Source: an uncultured Gammaproteobacteria bacterium (GTDB lineage: Bacteria > Patescibacteriota > Microgenomatia > Levybacterales > GWA1-39-11). Taken from it: 64,000 nucleotides of DNA. A program made the translations under genes and the position numbers. Of this stretch, positions 28,729-39,308 are shown one piece after another; position 1 is the stretch's first letter, and each line of letters opens with the position of its first letter. The stretch spans positions 70,362 through 134,361 of the forward strand of contig CAYPEN010000001.1 of assembly GCA_964409875.1 (NCBI GenBank). The letters run 5' to 3'. The notes under the pieces are model-generated. The model had not been told where the DNA came from. It saw nothing but the letters and a program-made list of their open reading frames with translations, and searched no databases.

Positions 28729-30141
28729 CTATTCCCTATAAGGTTTGAACAAAATGTGTGTTCCTGACCCCCCAAAGCCAAAATTTCCTGAACCTACTAG
28801 CGTAATTTCTGCTTGTCTTGCTTCATTTGGTACCAAGTCTATTGGTACACCGTTTCGTAATGCTTCGGGCATAATATGTTGGAGATTTATAGTTGGGGGC
28901 AGAATCTGATCTCTTAAGGCAAGAATAGCAATTCCAGCCTCAATCGCTCCTGATGCTCCCATTGTGTGACCCATTGAAGCTTTTGAAGAAGATATTGCGT
29001 ATGGAATATCTCTTTGTAGCGATTGAGGTACCTGCTGTTCTAAGACTGTTCTGATTGCTTCAATCTCTACCTTATCTCCCGCGACAGTTGAGGTTCCGTG
29101 CGCATTGATATAAAAAAGTCCTTCATTACGAATACCGCTTTGCATAAGACTTATACCTAAAGATTCACGGGCTGCAAATCCTTCCGGGTCAGTATCGTTA
29201 TATGCATCGGATGCAGCGCCGTATCCTGCGACTTCAGCTATTATTCGTGCGTTTCTCTCATGAGCGGCTTCCTCAGTTTCAAGAAGCAGCACACCTGCAC
29301 CTTCAGACATCACAAATCCTTTTCTGTCGGTATCAAAGGGAGTAGAGGCTCTGTAAGGGTCATGCGTTCTATTGAGGGCTCTCATTTCGTCGAACATAGC
29401 AAGAGAAACAGGTTCAACCGTTGCATCTGCACCGCCGACCAGAGCCCGGTTTGCGGCTCCAACAATCAATTTTTCTATACCGGCTATAATTGCCTGACTT
29501 CCAGTAGCGCACGCGTCAATTGGAGTGAATTTTGGTCCCCGAATTTTTTCAATCATGCTGGGAACCGAAGATACCCGTTCCGGACCTACTTTTAATGGGC
29601 CTGTTGGGAATAGTCTTTGTCCATTCAGAACTCTATTGCCTATTGTTGCTACGTAGGAAAGACCGCCTTCGGATGTCCCGATGATAACAGCCATTCTGTC
29701 AGGATTAATAGTTGTTTCGAGTGCACCATTTTCTATTGCCCCCCCATTTTGTAATGCTTGAACTGAGGCGGCTAGTGAGAGTTGTGTTGCGCGAGACATC
29801 CGTCTTGCATCACTACGGTTAAAAGGGGTGATGGTGGAAATGTAGTCGGATGGTTTATAGTCCCTATCAATTAATCCCCCAACACCGATATTAAGTTTGG
29901 CATCTTTTAAATGTTCTACTTCTGCAAGGGTTGCCAGCCGGGCCATTTCATCATTGTCTATGTGAGAAATTCCTGATTTGCCACCAATCAGGTTTTGCCA
30001 CGTACTTTCAGTGTCGGTTCCGAGTGGACTCACCATTCCAATACCGGTAACAACTATTCGTGGTCTTTTAATGACGGGAGTTCGAGCCCATTCGCCCTCC
30101 TGAGTGAATTGCACATTTTCTGGGGACATAGAATTGAACAA
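28729..30141 (-). CDS. beta-ketoacyl synthase (KAS II/FabF-like condensing enzyme) with N-terminal extension
   Basis: 470 aa. Active-site Cys region IDACATGSQAI...VGGADA. His motifs INAHGTSTVAGD and SKASMGHTMGASGAIEA. C-terminal GFGGSGTHILF. Confidence 0.75.
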   Translation of the reverse strand: MFNSMSPENVQFTQEGEWARTPVIKRPRIVVTGIGMVSPLGTDTESTWQNLIGGKSGISHIDNDEMARLATLAEVEHLKDAKLNIGVGGLIDRDYKPSDYISTITPFNRSDARRMSRATQLSLAASVQALQNGGAIENGALETTINPDRMAVIIGTSEGGLSYVATIGNRVLNGQRLFPTGPLKVGPERVSSVPSMIEKIRGPKFTPIDACATGSQAIIAGIEKLIVGAANRALVGGADATVEPVSLAMFDEMRALNRTHDPYRASTPFDTDRKGFVMSEGAGVLLLETEEAAHERNARIIAEVAGYGAASDAYNDTDPEGFAARESLGISLMQSGIRNEGLFYINAHGTSTVAGDKVEIEAIRTVLEQQVPQSLQRDIPYAISSSKASMGHTMGASGAIEAGIAILALRDQILPPTINLQHIMPEALRNGVPIDLVPNEARQAEITLVGSGNFGFGGSGTHILFKPYRE

Positions 30142-30193
30142 TCTTACCCAATTAATATTTTTTTGTCAAACAGTTAGTATTGGTATATAATCC

Positions 30194-30820
30194 TTGCAAA
30201 TGGGTGAAAGAAAACTTATACCATACGACCCGCACAGACTATCAACCGATAGAGCCGATTTGTTACTTGATGGTGAAGAAAGTGATTTTAAGACAATAAC
30301 AAGTAAAGATGGTTTTGTTGGATTTAGGAGGATGATGGTTGAGAGGGACGGGAAAGTACTTTTCGATAAAATTGTCATTGACCCTTCAGAGGGTGTATTT
30401 GTTTTGCCTGTAAGAGTAACACCTGACAATCAGGCAGAATTTCTGCTTACAAATGAATGGAAGGATGTTCTAGGAAAAAGGATTCCCAATATTCCCCAGG
30501 GCAGGATAAATAGGGGTGAAACAGCAGCGCAAGCAGCGATTCGTGAAGTTAGGGAAGAAACCGGACATGAACCTACGAATTTGGTTTTGGTAGGCAAACA
30601 AATATTTGATTCAGCATATATGTCGCTTGAACAGCCGTATTTTCTGGCAACAGTACCTTATGAGCAGGAAAGAGCGGAATTGCAGCTCGATGGTGGCGAG
30701 GATATTTCAAAACTTCCCTGGATGAACGCAGAACAGGTGAGAAGAATGGGTATTACAGATGGAAAAACGACTATTGGTTTGTCGTTAGGACAAAGTGTAA
30801 TAAATCCCAGCCTTTTGTAA
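30194..30820 (+). CDS. NUDIX hydrolase
   Basis: 208 aa. Nudix box GRINRGETAAQAAIREVREETG. Confidence 0.75.
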   Translation: MQMGERKLIPYDPHRLSTDRADLLLDGEESDFKTITSKDGFVGFRRMMVERDGKVLFDKIVIDPSEGVFVLPVRVTPDNQAEFLLTNEWKDVLGKRIPNIPQGRINRGETAAQAAIREVREETGHEPTNLVLVGKQIFDSAYMSLEQPYFLATVPYEQERAELQLDGGEDISKLPWMNAEQVRRMGITDGKTTIGLSLGQSVINPSLL

Positions 30821-30859
30821 TAATTGAAAGTTTAGTTCATTTTTTGTATAATATCGTTT

Positions 30860-31096
30860 ATGGCAATGATTTGCGACAATTGTGGGAAAGGAATCATGTA
30901 CGGCAACTTGGTTTCCCACGCAAAAAACAGAACAAAAAGGACCTTCAAGCCCAACCTTCACAAGAAGACCGTTGTTTTTAATGGCAAAAAAATGAGTGCA
31001 AAACTCTGCACAAAATGCATAAAGCTATTCAAAAAAGCAGATGTTGCTCTCAAAGAGCAAAAAGCACAAGCTTCCACCATTCCCGCAACCGCTTAA
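30860..31096 (+). CDS. rpmB: 50S ribosomal protein L28
   Basis: 78 aa. CDNCGK...GNLVSHAKNRTKRTFKPNL matches the L28 signature. Confidence 0.75.
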   Translation: MAMICDNCGKGIMYGNLVSHAKNRTKRTFKPNLHKKTVVFNGKKMSAKLCTKCIKLFKKADVALKEQKAQASTIPATA

Positions 31097-31148
31097 AATA
31101 ACCTCAAATTCTTTGTAATTTACAATTTCGTATAGTAGAATTCCCATT

Positions 31149-32363
31149 ATGGAGAGAAGGGATAGGTCATTTAGGCCCGAAAGATCGCACGAATTCGACA
31201 CAGGGCAGTTATACCAGGAATTTAGGTTTGCTGATATTGCTCGTGGAGCTGAGAATAAGCCAATCTTTTTTACGCCTGACATTAAAGTATATTTGTCGTC
31301 AAAAAATACTGAATATGGGACTTCATACCAGATGGTTTTTGGCCGTCCCATGCAAAGAGGAGATATTCTTCAGTCATTTTTTCACTATTTATCGGTTCCC
31401 ACTGATCAGGCGACTCTTGCTTCTCAAATTTCAGGGCTTATACCTATGAGCGATGAAGTTAGCCGAGATGCAGCCTTGCTTAAAGACACGCTTGAACAGC
31501 CGGACACAGCTTCTTTATCCGGTTTGGTTGTTGATAGGCTTACGACAATAGATTATTGTTGGGATCAGTTAAAACGTGACAAAAAATATTTAAAACAGTT
31601 ACAGAAGGAAGAATTGGCAGAAGTGCCTCGAATAGTTTTTACGGAGCACGCTGAGGGTTTGGCCAAAATTATGAGAAACCATCCGGAATTATGGAAACCA
31701 AAGACCTCAAGACGGAGCATCGGAAATGCAACTCGTGTGAGGGCAATTAGTAGACTTGCGCAACTGGGTGATCCGATAAGAGAAGCGGTATTTGATGAGG
31801 AGTTTGAAAGTCATGACGCAGATGAGCAAGAGCTCATGACAATAAACAGAACAACAGAATGGCACAATGGAATCCCTCTTGTCATGGGAAATGGAGAGTT
31901 TGGAATGCTTTTGAGAAGCAGTGGTGATCTAAATATTACTGACCTTGGAAATGGGTTGCATAGAGTTACAAAGGGAAGAGAAGAGGTGGTCATAGATCTT
32001 TTTGGCGGAGACAAACATCTTGCAGATATTTATCCAGCAAATGACAGATACGTAATACCAGCTATCTCATGGGAGAAATCAAAAATAGGTTCCCGCGCGG
32101 CAACATTCAAACATGGATTCTATTCCGGCCCATCAACAATTGAGACAATGTCAGGAGATGAAAGAATTAGGGTCATAAGAACTTATGCACCATGGCAGAT
32201 AAATATCCTGGCAGGTCTTATGAGCCTGGGAGTTTCTTCAAGATACGAGCCATTGCATGACGCGAGCACAGCAGAAGAAGTTGTTGAAACGGTATTAAGA
32301 GAGAGAAATCACATTCTAAATAATCCGTTTATTGAAAATGCGGAGAAACTGGCAGTGTTTTAA
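31149..32363 (+). CDS. hypothetical protein
   Basis: 404-aa ORF, no motif recognised. Confidence 0.4.
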   Translation: MERRDRSFRPERSHEFDTGQLYQEFRFADIARGAENKPIFFTPDIKVYLSSKNTEYGTSYQMVFGRPMQRGDILQSFFHYLSVPTDQATLASQISGLIPMSDEVSRDAALLKDTLEQPDTASLSGLVVDRLTTIDYCWDQLKRDKKYLKQLQKEELAEVPRIVFTEHAEGLAKIMRNHPELWKPKTSRRSIGNATRVRAISRLAQLGDPIREAVFDEEFESHDADEQELMTINRTTEWHNGIPLVMGNGEFGMLLRSSGDLNITDLGNGLHRVTKGREEVVIDLFGGDKHLADIYPANDRYVIPAISWEKSKIGSRAATFKHGFYSGPSTIETMSGDERIRVIRTYAPWQINILAGLMSLGVSSRYEPLHDASTAEEVVETVLRERNHILNNPFIENAEKLAVF

Positions 32364-33226
32364 GATAGGTTTAGTTTTTCAAGGAGAGTTTTTCCTTCAT
32401 CTCCAAATCCGTTAATGAAATCTTTATAATTCATTGCATTTTTTCCTTCTACCTGGATTTTTTCCTCCGGCAAAAGCTTTACGATTTTTGTCTGGTTTTT
32501 TAATTGTGTTGTTAGCCAAACTCCTGGCCATGGGTAAAAAGCTTTAATCATAGCGTTTAGCGTATAGGTAGAGCTTGCCCCTTCGGGGTAGCGATTAGCG
32601 TTTAGTTTATTGATATCTATATATCCATCTTGTTTTGTGATTTTGTAACTCCAGGTTTCTTTGCTGTGGTCCTGAGGGATTCCAATTATCTTTTCTCCGC
32701 TTTCAAGCTTCGCTAAAACATCAACCACCATATCGGCACCGATTTCAAACAAGATAGACAACATATCTTCTGCCGTTTCATTTCCTTGGAGATTATATGG
32801 GCGTTGGGAAAGAACTGGGCCATGGTCGATTTCATTATCAAGTTTTATAAGAGTAACGCCTGTTTGTGTCTCTCCGTTAAGCAAACTGTATTGCACAGGG
32901 GAAGGACCTTTCCATTTTGGAAGCAAACTTGGATGAATATTTATGATTCCATTTTCAAATAATCCGATAATCCCATTGGGAATGAAAGCTCCGAATGATG
33001 CAAGCACAGCAACCGTAGGGTTTAATTTTTTTATTTTTTCTATCGTTTCGTTATCTTTCAGGTTTGAACAAACGTAAGGAATATTGTTTTTTTTGCAAAA
33101 ATTAACGACCTTCCCACCTACTTCATTAGTAATAACCAGCTGCAGATTAAACTTTCTCAGCTTTTCTATAACGGGCACTACAAACCAACCGCTCCCAAAA
33201 AAAATGATATTTTGTCCCATCTTCAT
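32360..33226 (-). CDS. fmt: methionyl-tRNA formyltransferase
   Basis: 288 aa. IFFGSGWFVVPVIEKL N-terminus. INIHPSLLPKWKGPSPVQ and GVTLIKLDNEIDHGPVLSQ formyltransferase motifs. Confidence 0.85.
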   Translation of the reverse strand: MKMGQNIIFFGSGWFVVPVIEKLRKFNLQLVITNEVGGKVVNFCKKNNIPYVCSNLKDNETIEKIKKLNPTVAVLASFGAFIPNGIIGLFENGIINIHPSLLPKWKGPSPVQYSLLNGETQTGVTLIKLDNEIDHGPVLSQRPYNLQGNETAEDMLSILFEIGADMVVDVLAKLESGEKIIGIPQDHSKETWSYKITKQDGYIDINKLNANRYPEGASSTYTLNAMIKAFYPWPGVWLTTQLKNQTKIVKLLPEEKIQVEGKNAMNYKDFINGFGDEGKTLLEKLNLS

Positions 33227-33291
33227 ATTTTAACACAACCAATCTATCCTATAGAAAGTGATTTCTACTGATTTTGTAGTATAATAGCCAT

Positions 33292-34416
33292 ATGACAAAC
33301 AGAGCTGAGGCGGGTATAAGTCTTGTGCCAAATGGAATTGAAAGAGCAATTGTGATACAAACCCACAGAGCAGTCCCTGAAAGACTTGCCCGTGAGCGCG
33401 CTATTGTGATTCCTCACGATCCGATAGCTGATTTTGAAGCGCATCAATTAAAATCATTAGGGGATTATCGTATGCGCTACAATTCAGATGGACAGATATT
33501 TATTGACCGCTTTAATAAAACCGGCATTCAAATCGAATTACCTGAATTTCCATCATCTGTTGATATCGGCTTTGATAGTGTTGAAGTTGTAAAACGTCTT
33601 TGGCCGTGTATTCCCGATGTTGAAACTGCAATTCGATATACAAGACATATTGCAGATGAGTACGACAGAAAAGAAGGACAGCAAACGCTTTCGCTTTTGG
33701 CAATCCATAGAGTGATACGGGATGTGTCTTTAGCGTTGCAAAAGCCGGTTGAGGAAAGACCGACGTGGGAAGAATTGGAATCAAAGGTGTTTCTTGCTAT
33801 TGATTCTTTGAGACTTGATACTGCGCGAGACAACGATAAGGTTGAATTGGGAAAAACAATGGCGAGTGCTGTTAGCAAGGACAAGAAGGGAAGAGAAAAT
33901 CCGGGTCGAACAAGAATGAAGCTTGCACATATGTATCCGAAAATTACCTCGATGCTTCTTCGAAATGAGCACAAACATAACAAATACCGTTATCTTGAAA
34001 GCGTTTTGTATCAGGAAAGAGAGAGGGATAGAATTCCGTTTGTTGAGTTAAGTCGAGAAATAAAAATGCTTTCTACAATGAATCCGCGAGATAGAGAGGC
34101 AATTAATTTAAAAAAGAGAATTCGTGAGAATGCCTATAAAAATCTTGCACCGAGCAAAATAAGAGTTGCCCCTTACGTGCAATTGGGTGCAGTTTCGCGG
34201 TTTCTAATGTTCGGAAAAAATACGCCGGAAGATGAAAAAAAATTAGCGGGGTACATTGGCCCGGATCTTGCCAAAGAAACTGCGGAGGCTGGAAGTTATT
34301 ATGATTTACATACCCATGAAGAGCAACTCAAACGGCTTATTGCCATAGCAGATTATATTAATGGAAGCCTGGAGGAGGCAGACCAAAATCTTCCGAATTT
34401 TGAGCAAGCAGCTTAA
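33292..34416 (+). CDS. hypothetical protein
   Basis: 374-aa ORF, charged, no motif. Confidence 0.4.
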   Translation: MTNRAEAGISLVPNGIERAIVIQTHRAVPERLARERAIVIPHDPIADFEAHQLKSLGDYRMRYNSDGQIFIDRFNKTGIQIELPEFPSSVDIGFDSVEVVKRLWPCIPDVETAIRYTRHIADEYDRKEGQQTLSLLAIHRVIRDVSLALQKPVEERPTWEELESKVFLAIDSLRLDTARDNDKVELGKTMASAVSKDKKGRENPGRTRMKLAHMYPKITSMLLRNEHKHNKYRYLESVLYQERERDRIPFVELSREIKMLSTMNPRDREAINLKKRIRENAYKNLAPSKIRVAPYVQLGAVSRFLMFGKNTPEDEKKLAGYIGPDLAKETAEAGSYYDLHTHEEQLKRLIAIADYINGSLEEADQNLPNFEQAA

Positions 34417-34419
34417 TGT

Positions 34420-35619
34420 ATGGAGCTAAAGACAATATCCAAAATCTGCTTACTCTTTTTTATTTACATTCTGGTTGCCTATTTTTATCTCGGAATAATA
34501 AGTCGTCCACATGAAGGAGATAGTCTCAATTATCACATTCCGATTGCAAAAGCTTATTTAAATGGAGATGTTTTCTTTCCCGAAAAGATAAAAGGAGTAC
34601 CATTTCTAAAATATTCACCAGGTGCGTCGGAAGGCGTACTTTCGCTTTTTTATGCACTACATGTTCCTCCGAATTTATACAATGTGTTAGGTGTTGTATT
34701 TTTTTTCTTCACACTTTTTTTTCTTGGAAAACGTTTTGGTTTGTCAAAAGAGATGGGAATGCTTTTTGCTATCAGCATCGTGACGCTCAATGGAATTGTG
34801 AGATGGCTTGATACGCAAATTATAGATATTTATTTAGCATCCTTTTTTGTATTATCTTTAGCGCTCTTACAGAAGCCTGAAAAAAAAGTTTCTTATTTTG
34901 TAAAACTTGGTGTAACCCTTGGGATGCTTGTCGGTTCTAAATATTCGGGGATGTTGTTTGGAGTTATCCTTATGTTAATTTTTTCTCGAAGAATTTTACC
35001 GTTTCTGTCAATAAAGAGAGTAATGGGATTTGTTGCCCCTTTTTCATTATTTGGTGCAAGTTGGTATTTGAGAAATTACCTAAGTACCGGTAATCCATTA
35101 TATCCACAAGGATTTTTATTTTTTAAGGATGCCGGATTTGATATCCTAAAGCTTCAGGTTATCCGCGTTGTTACAAGTTCCTGGTTTGGCTTCTTTGGGA
35201 CTATGAATGCTTTTATCTCTGAATATATGATATGGGGATTATCAGTCCCAATTATTATTGTGTATGTAATTTCAAGTGCTGTAAAAAAAATAAAAATGAA
35301 CCCTGGGATATTACTTCTATTGATAATCGGTATTTTAAATTTTCTTATTTATGCTTTTTTACCGTCCGATAACAAGGATTACATCATGGTATCAGTAATT
35401 CGATATTCTTATCCTGCAGTAGTCCCTTTTATTCTTGCAGTCTTCTTGCTTGCCAAAGAATACAAAAAAGAAACGCATCTTGGAATCGTAGTTTTTTCAA
35501 ATATGATATGGAGTGGATTTCCAATGTTCTATAATCCGAAATTGATATTTATTTTTGTTCCAATAGCGCTCTTTATTTTTTCAAAGATTAATGTGTTCTC
35601 AAATACAAATCGTAGATAA
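34420..35619 (+). CDS. polytopic membrane protein (possible GT-C-type glycosyltransferase)
   Basis: 399 aa, >8 TM helices. Sits beside a GT2 gene. Confidence 0.35.
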   Translation: MELKTISKICLLFFIYILVAYFYLGIISRPHEGDSLNYHIPIAKAYLNGDVFFPEKIKGVPFLKYSPGASEGVLSLFYALHVPPNLYNVLGVVFFFFTLFFLGKRFGLSKEMGMLFAISIVTLNGIVRWLDTQIIDIYLASFFVLSLALLQKPEKKVSYFVKLGVTLGMLVGSKYSGMLFGVILMLIFSRRILPFLSIKRVMGFVAPFSLFGASWYLRNYLSTGNPLYPQGFLFFKDAGFDILKLQVIRVVTSSWFGFFGTMNAFISEYMIWGLSVPIIIVYVISSAVKKIKMNPGILLLLIIGILNFLIYAFLPSDNKDYIMVSVIRYSYPAVVPFILAVFLLAKEYKKETHLGIVVFSNMIWSGFPMFYNPKLIFIFVPIALFIFSKINVFSNTNRR

Positions 35620-36286
35620 GGCGTAAGAAAAGTCCAATTCCCGCCGTAGTTTTTAATTTTGAAACTCCCCATGCACGAGCTTTCTCGCGACTGGGCACTT
35701 CTAACACTCGGAATTTTTTCTCCAAAAAAGAAATGACCATTTCCTGTTCGATACTAAAGCCATCGGATGCAAGGTTGGCCTTTAGTGCCTTTGATTTTCT
35801 AACAGCTCTAAAACTATAGAGAATATCAGTAAGGTGACTATGAAACTTGTGATTTACAAGCATGACCAACAAATCAGATCCCGCAGAACGAAGAAGCCCG
35901 TCAAAATCCATTTTCATATCACTGCTTCCACCCGTTCTTCTTGATGCAATGACCATGTCAGCCTTTTCTTTAATGATTGGCAACACTAACTGCGGTATAT
36001 CTGAAATTTCGTGAGAACCATCTGCATCGACAAGAACAATAACTTCATTTTTTGCACTTGAAATACCCATTCTAACCCCATCACCTCTCCCTTTCCCATT
36101 ATCAAGTAAGTAGCGTACAGCAGCTCTTTCAACAATTTGTTTGGTGTTGTCTGTTGAATGTCCGTCCACGACAATTATTTCCGAGGCATATTTCTTAGTC
36201 TCTATAATGATTTTTTCCAATCCTTTTCCTTCGTTCTTTGCGGGGATGATGGCAGTGACTGACTTCTTGTTATAGGGGATTGCCAT
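35588..36286 (-). CDS. glycosyltransferase family 2 (dolichyl/polyprenyl-phosphate sugar transferase-like)
   Basis: 232 aa. IIPAKNEGKGL...VVDGHSTDNT and DADG motifs of GT2. Confidence 0.75.
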   Translation of the reverse strand: MAIPYNKKSVTAIIPAKNEGKGLEKIIIETKKYASEIIVVDGHSTDNTKQIVERAAVRYLLDNGKGRGDGVRMGISSAKNEVIVLVDADGSHEISDIPQLVLPIIKEKADMVIASRRTGGSSDMKMDFDGLLRSAGSDLLVMLVNHKFHSHLTDILYSFRAVRKSKALKANLASDGFSIEQEMVISFLEKKFRVLEVPSREKARAWGVSKLKTTAGIGLFLRLIYDLYLRTH

Positions 36287-36897
36287 TACAGTGTTATCTC
36301 CTCAAACTCATCTTCTCCATCTTTGTTTTTGTGAGATTTAAAGAGCTTTTCTCCTTGGCTCATAACATGGGTAGTAAACAAAATTCCATTGAGGTGGTCA
36401 ATCTCGTGCTGAATAATAATTGCCGGAAAGCCGGTAAAAACTTGTTTGAATTTATTCCCATCGGCATCTTGCCAGGCAAGAGTTACCTCTTTTTTTCTTG
36501 TCACATTCCCCCAAATATCTGGAATTGAAAGACATCCCTCAAGTAATTTATTCTTTGACGAGGCAGGCTTTTTGCTCTCAATTTTTTCGCTGTTGGTGTG
36601 AGTTGGAATTTCTTCATCCTCAGACATCTGGATTATTTCCGGATTGATATAGGTTGTTACTTTTGATTTTTCTGTTGGTTTCATTTGAAAAAGCCGCATA
36701 GAAAGTCCTACCTGGGGAGCAGCCAGACCGACACCTATGGGGTCTTTTGTGGCGATAAGCGTTTCTTCCATTTCAGATATGATCTTTTTCAGTTTTGCAT
36801 CGAATTGTTTTACCGGCTTTGCCTTTTCAAGGAGTACTTTATTTGGGGTTACGACAATGTTATACATACGGTTACTAAGATTTACATTTATTTGCAA
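36286..36897 (-). CDS. def: peptide deformylase
   Basis: 203 aa. GVGLAAPQVG, EGCLSIPD and HEIDHLNG motifs, with an inserted acidic segment. Confidence 0.85.
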   Translation of the reverse strand: MQINVNLSNRMYNIVVTPNKVLLEKAKPVKQFDAKLKKIISEMEETLIATKDPIGVGLAAPQVGLSMRLFQMKPTEKSKVTTYINPEIIQMSEDEEIPTHTNSEKIESKKPASSKNKLLEGCLSIPDIWGNVTRKKEVTLAWQDADGNKFKQVFTGFPAIIIQHEIDHLNGILFTTHVMSQGEKLFKSHKNKDGEDEFEEITL

Positions 36898-36968
36898 ATA
36901 AGTGTAAACTCATTATTGCAAGCATTATAAAATAACATAGACTCAAACGCTACTCCTAAAAGGATAAT

Positions 36969-39257
36969 TTACTGCAATGTTTTAAGAAGATCTTTTGCCT
37001 GCTGATCATTTGGATTTATATTCTGAAGTGTAAAATTAAGTGTATCGGCAGCTTCCTTTTTAAGTTGCATTGTTTTTTCCTTGTCATTCTTGTTGGCATC
37101 AATCATCTGTGATAGGAAAAGAGCTTTCGCATAATATGCATCCCTGTAATCCTTTTTTGCAGCAATTGTTTCGTTGAGTACTTTTAATGCTTTATCTTTT
37201 TGGCCGACTTGGTCATAAATAAGAGCCTGATTGTATAAGACTTTTGCATCGGTCGGGGCAAGTTCGTGCGCACGCTCAATTGCAGTAACTGCCTCTGGCA
37301 TAAGAGTAGGGGATAACTCGGCAAGGGAGAACATCACCCTTGTACGGGCTTTCCAAAATACAACATTATTTGGATTTGTTCTTGCCACTTCATCGCTTAA
37401 TTCTTTCGAGCGGGTTGCAAACTGTAGAGCAGCATTGTTGTCTTTTTGTTGTGCAGCAATAAGTGCCATTGCTGCAAGGTTTACTGAGAGTTCATTTTTA
37501 TACAGTTCTTCTCCTCCCCGCATACTGACAGCTTTTTCCAAGTACGGATTTGCTTGCTGAAACTCATTAATTCTGTTGTAGTTATATCCGAGTGCATAAT
37601 TAATATCAGCATTCCAATAATTGATTAGATAGAAAATGGAGTACAAGCAGAAAATACCAAGAGCCAATATAACCATAATTCTGCCTGTACCTGGGGCTTC
37701 GGTGGTAATATGTTCTTCATGTTCGCCTTTGGGTAATAAGAAAACTTTCGTTGATGTTTTTGTAAATGCATAGTAGAAAACCGGAATTAAAAACATAAGG
37801 AGGTTGACGATAACCACAGAAAAACCGAAGAAATTTGAGACTTGGATTCCTATAAATGCTCCGATAAGAGCAGGAAGAATTGGATTTCCAAATACCCCTT
37901 TATGCCACTGTTTATACATATGCCTTAATCCAAAGAAAATGAAGGAAAGAAGGAAAAGCATATAGGTACCGAGTCCAAATGCACCTGTTGTTGCCAAATA
38001 ATTCAGGAATTCATTGTGTGCTTTGTTGTATAGATAATCCCATTCAGAGGTAAGGTTGTGCTCGACCGGCCGGTATTTATAATAGGCAAATGCATATGTT
38101 TCAACACCTGAGCCAAAAAGCGGATATGCTTTCCAAATATCAATTGCGCCACGCCATACAATTTTACGGATATCCCCGGAACCCGTAATACTGGACTCAA
38201 GTACAGGTTGATTGGAGGTTTGCTGTGCAGGCTTTTCGGGAGCAGGGGCGTTTTGCTGGATAACGACTTTTTGTTGATTCGACCTTTCCATAAGAGCCTT
38301 GAATCCATATTTGTTAAGGCTTGGAATCGGGTTTTGAGTGAAAAATGTTGTTAGTATAAATAATAACTGAAGAGCTATTAGGACCTGGAAACTTCTTTGT
38401 TGAAGCACTTTAAGAGGAGAAAACGAATTTTTTCTAATGATAAGGACTGAAAAAAGCAGAACAAATACAAGGTTGCCCACCCAGAACCCAACAAAGCCTG
38501 ACTGGGAAAGGGTCCAGGTAAGGTCGAAGTAAAAAAGAAATGCAACGGCAAAATAGGTTATGGTTTTAAGAAACGGAATAGAGAAAATATTACTTTTCTT
38601 TATTTCTTTTGCCGCCATTATTGTATAGGAGCTTACGATAGGAAGAAGGATGAGAAGAAAAGCGGCAAGCCAGTTAGGCTGCCCAAGGGTTGAAAACATT
38701 CTGATTTTCGGTTGGAAAGCTTCTGTCCAGCAAGAAACATCGAATGTCCCTCGGAAAGCAAGGCAGGTCGGGTCATATCCGAAGTGAGAAGGAAAACCCC
38801 AGAGGGCAACAATAACGCCTGAAATGAATATGGCAAACACCATTCTGCCTGCCTTTTTAAGGCTTTCTTCTTTGTCATGTGTAAGAATATTCGTTGAGAA
38901 TGCAAAATAGAGAAAAACATAACAAAGAGAAGAGAGGAATCCGCCATTGAAGCGTGAATAATATCCCCAAAAAGAAGTATGTGTATCAAGTGAAAAAATA
39001 GTTGCTATGAATTGAGAAAGGAGAAAGAGCAGAATTGGGATATCGAAGAAAGTTCTTCTTACTTCGAATTTGTGTTGAACAATCATCTTAGTTCCCCATA
39101 AAAATAAAATTACCAGACTATAAATATAGACAAGCCACATTTTATTGAATTCAAATAGCTCGCTGGTCGCAGGGTGCATTGCAAGCGGAGTTGTTAGAAA
39201 GAGTGCAAAGAAAATTATTTCAATTCCTTTATCAATTTTATTGATGTACTTTCTCAT
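36969..39257 (-). CDS. O-antigen ligase/polymerase-like membrane protein fused to C-terminal TPR repeats
   Basis: 762 aa. ~10 TM helices with a Wzy_C-like loop. C-terminal ~250 aa of TPR-like repeats. Confidence 0.65.
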   Translation of the reverse strand: MRKYINKIDKGIEIIFFALFLTTPLAMHPATSELFEFNKMWLVYIYSLVILFLWGTKMIVQHKFEVRRTFFDIPILLFLLSQFIATIFSLDTHTSFWGYYSRFNGGFLSSLCYVFLYFAFSTNILTHDKEESLKKAGRMVFAIFISGVIVALWGFPSHFGYDPTCLAFRGTFDVSCWTEAFQPKIRMFSTLGQPNWLAAFLLILLPIVSSYTIMAAKEIKKSNIFSIPFLKTITYFAVAFLFYFDLTWTLSQSGFVGFWVGNLVFVLLFSVLIIRKNSFSPLKVLQQRSFQVLIALQLLFILTTFFTQNPIPSLNKYGFKALMERSNQQKVVIQQNAPAPEKPAQQTSNQPVLESSITGSGDIRKIVWRGAIDIWKAYPLFGSGVETYAFAYYKYRPVEHNLTSEWDYLYNKAHNEFLNYLATTGAFGLGTYMLFLLSFIFFGLRHMYKQWHKGVFGNPILPALIGAFIGIQVSNFFGFSVVIVNLLMFLIPVFYYAFTKTSTKVFLLPKGEHEEHITTEAPGTGRIMVILALGIFCLYSIFYLINYWNADINYALGYNYNRINEFQQANPYLEKAVSMRGGEELYKNELSVNLAAMALIAAQQKDNNAALQFATRSKELSDEVARTNPNNVVFWKARTRVMFSLAELSPTLMPEAVTAIERAHELAPTDAKVLYNQALIYDQVGQKDKALKVLNETIAAKKDYRDAYYAKALFLSQMIDANKNDKEKTMQLKKEAADTLNFTLQNINPNDQQAKDLLKTLQ

Positions 39258-39308
39258 GTAATAAGTTACGGTTTAAGACTAAAAAAGTGTATCATAAAAA
39301 GTAGTTTC

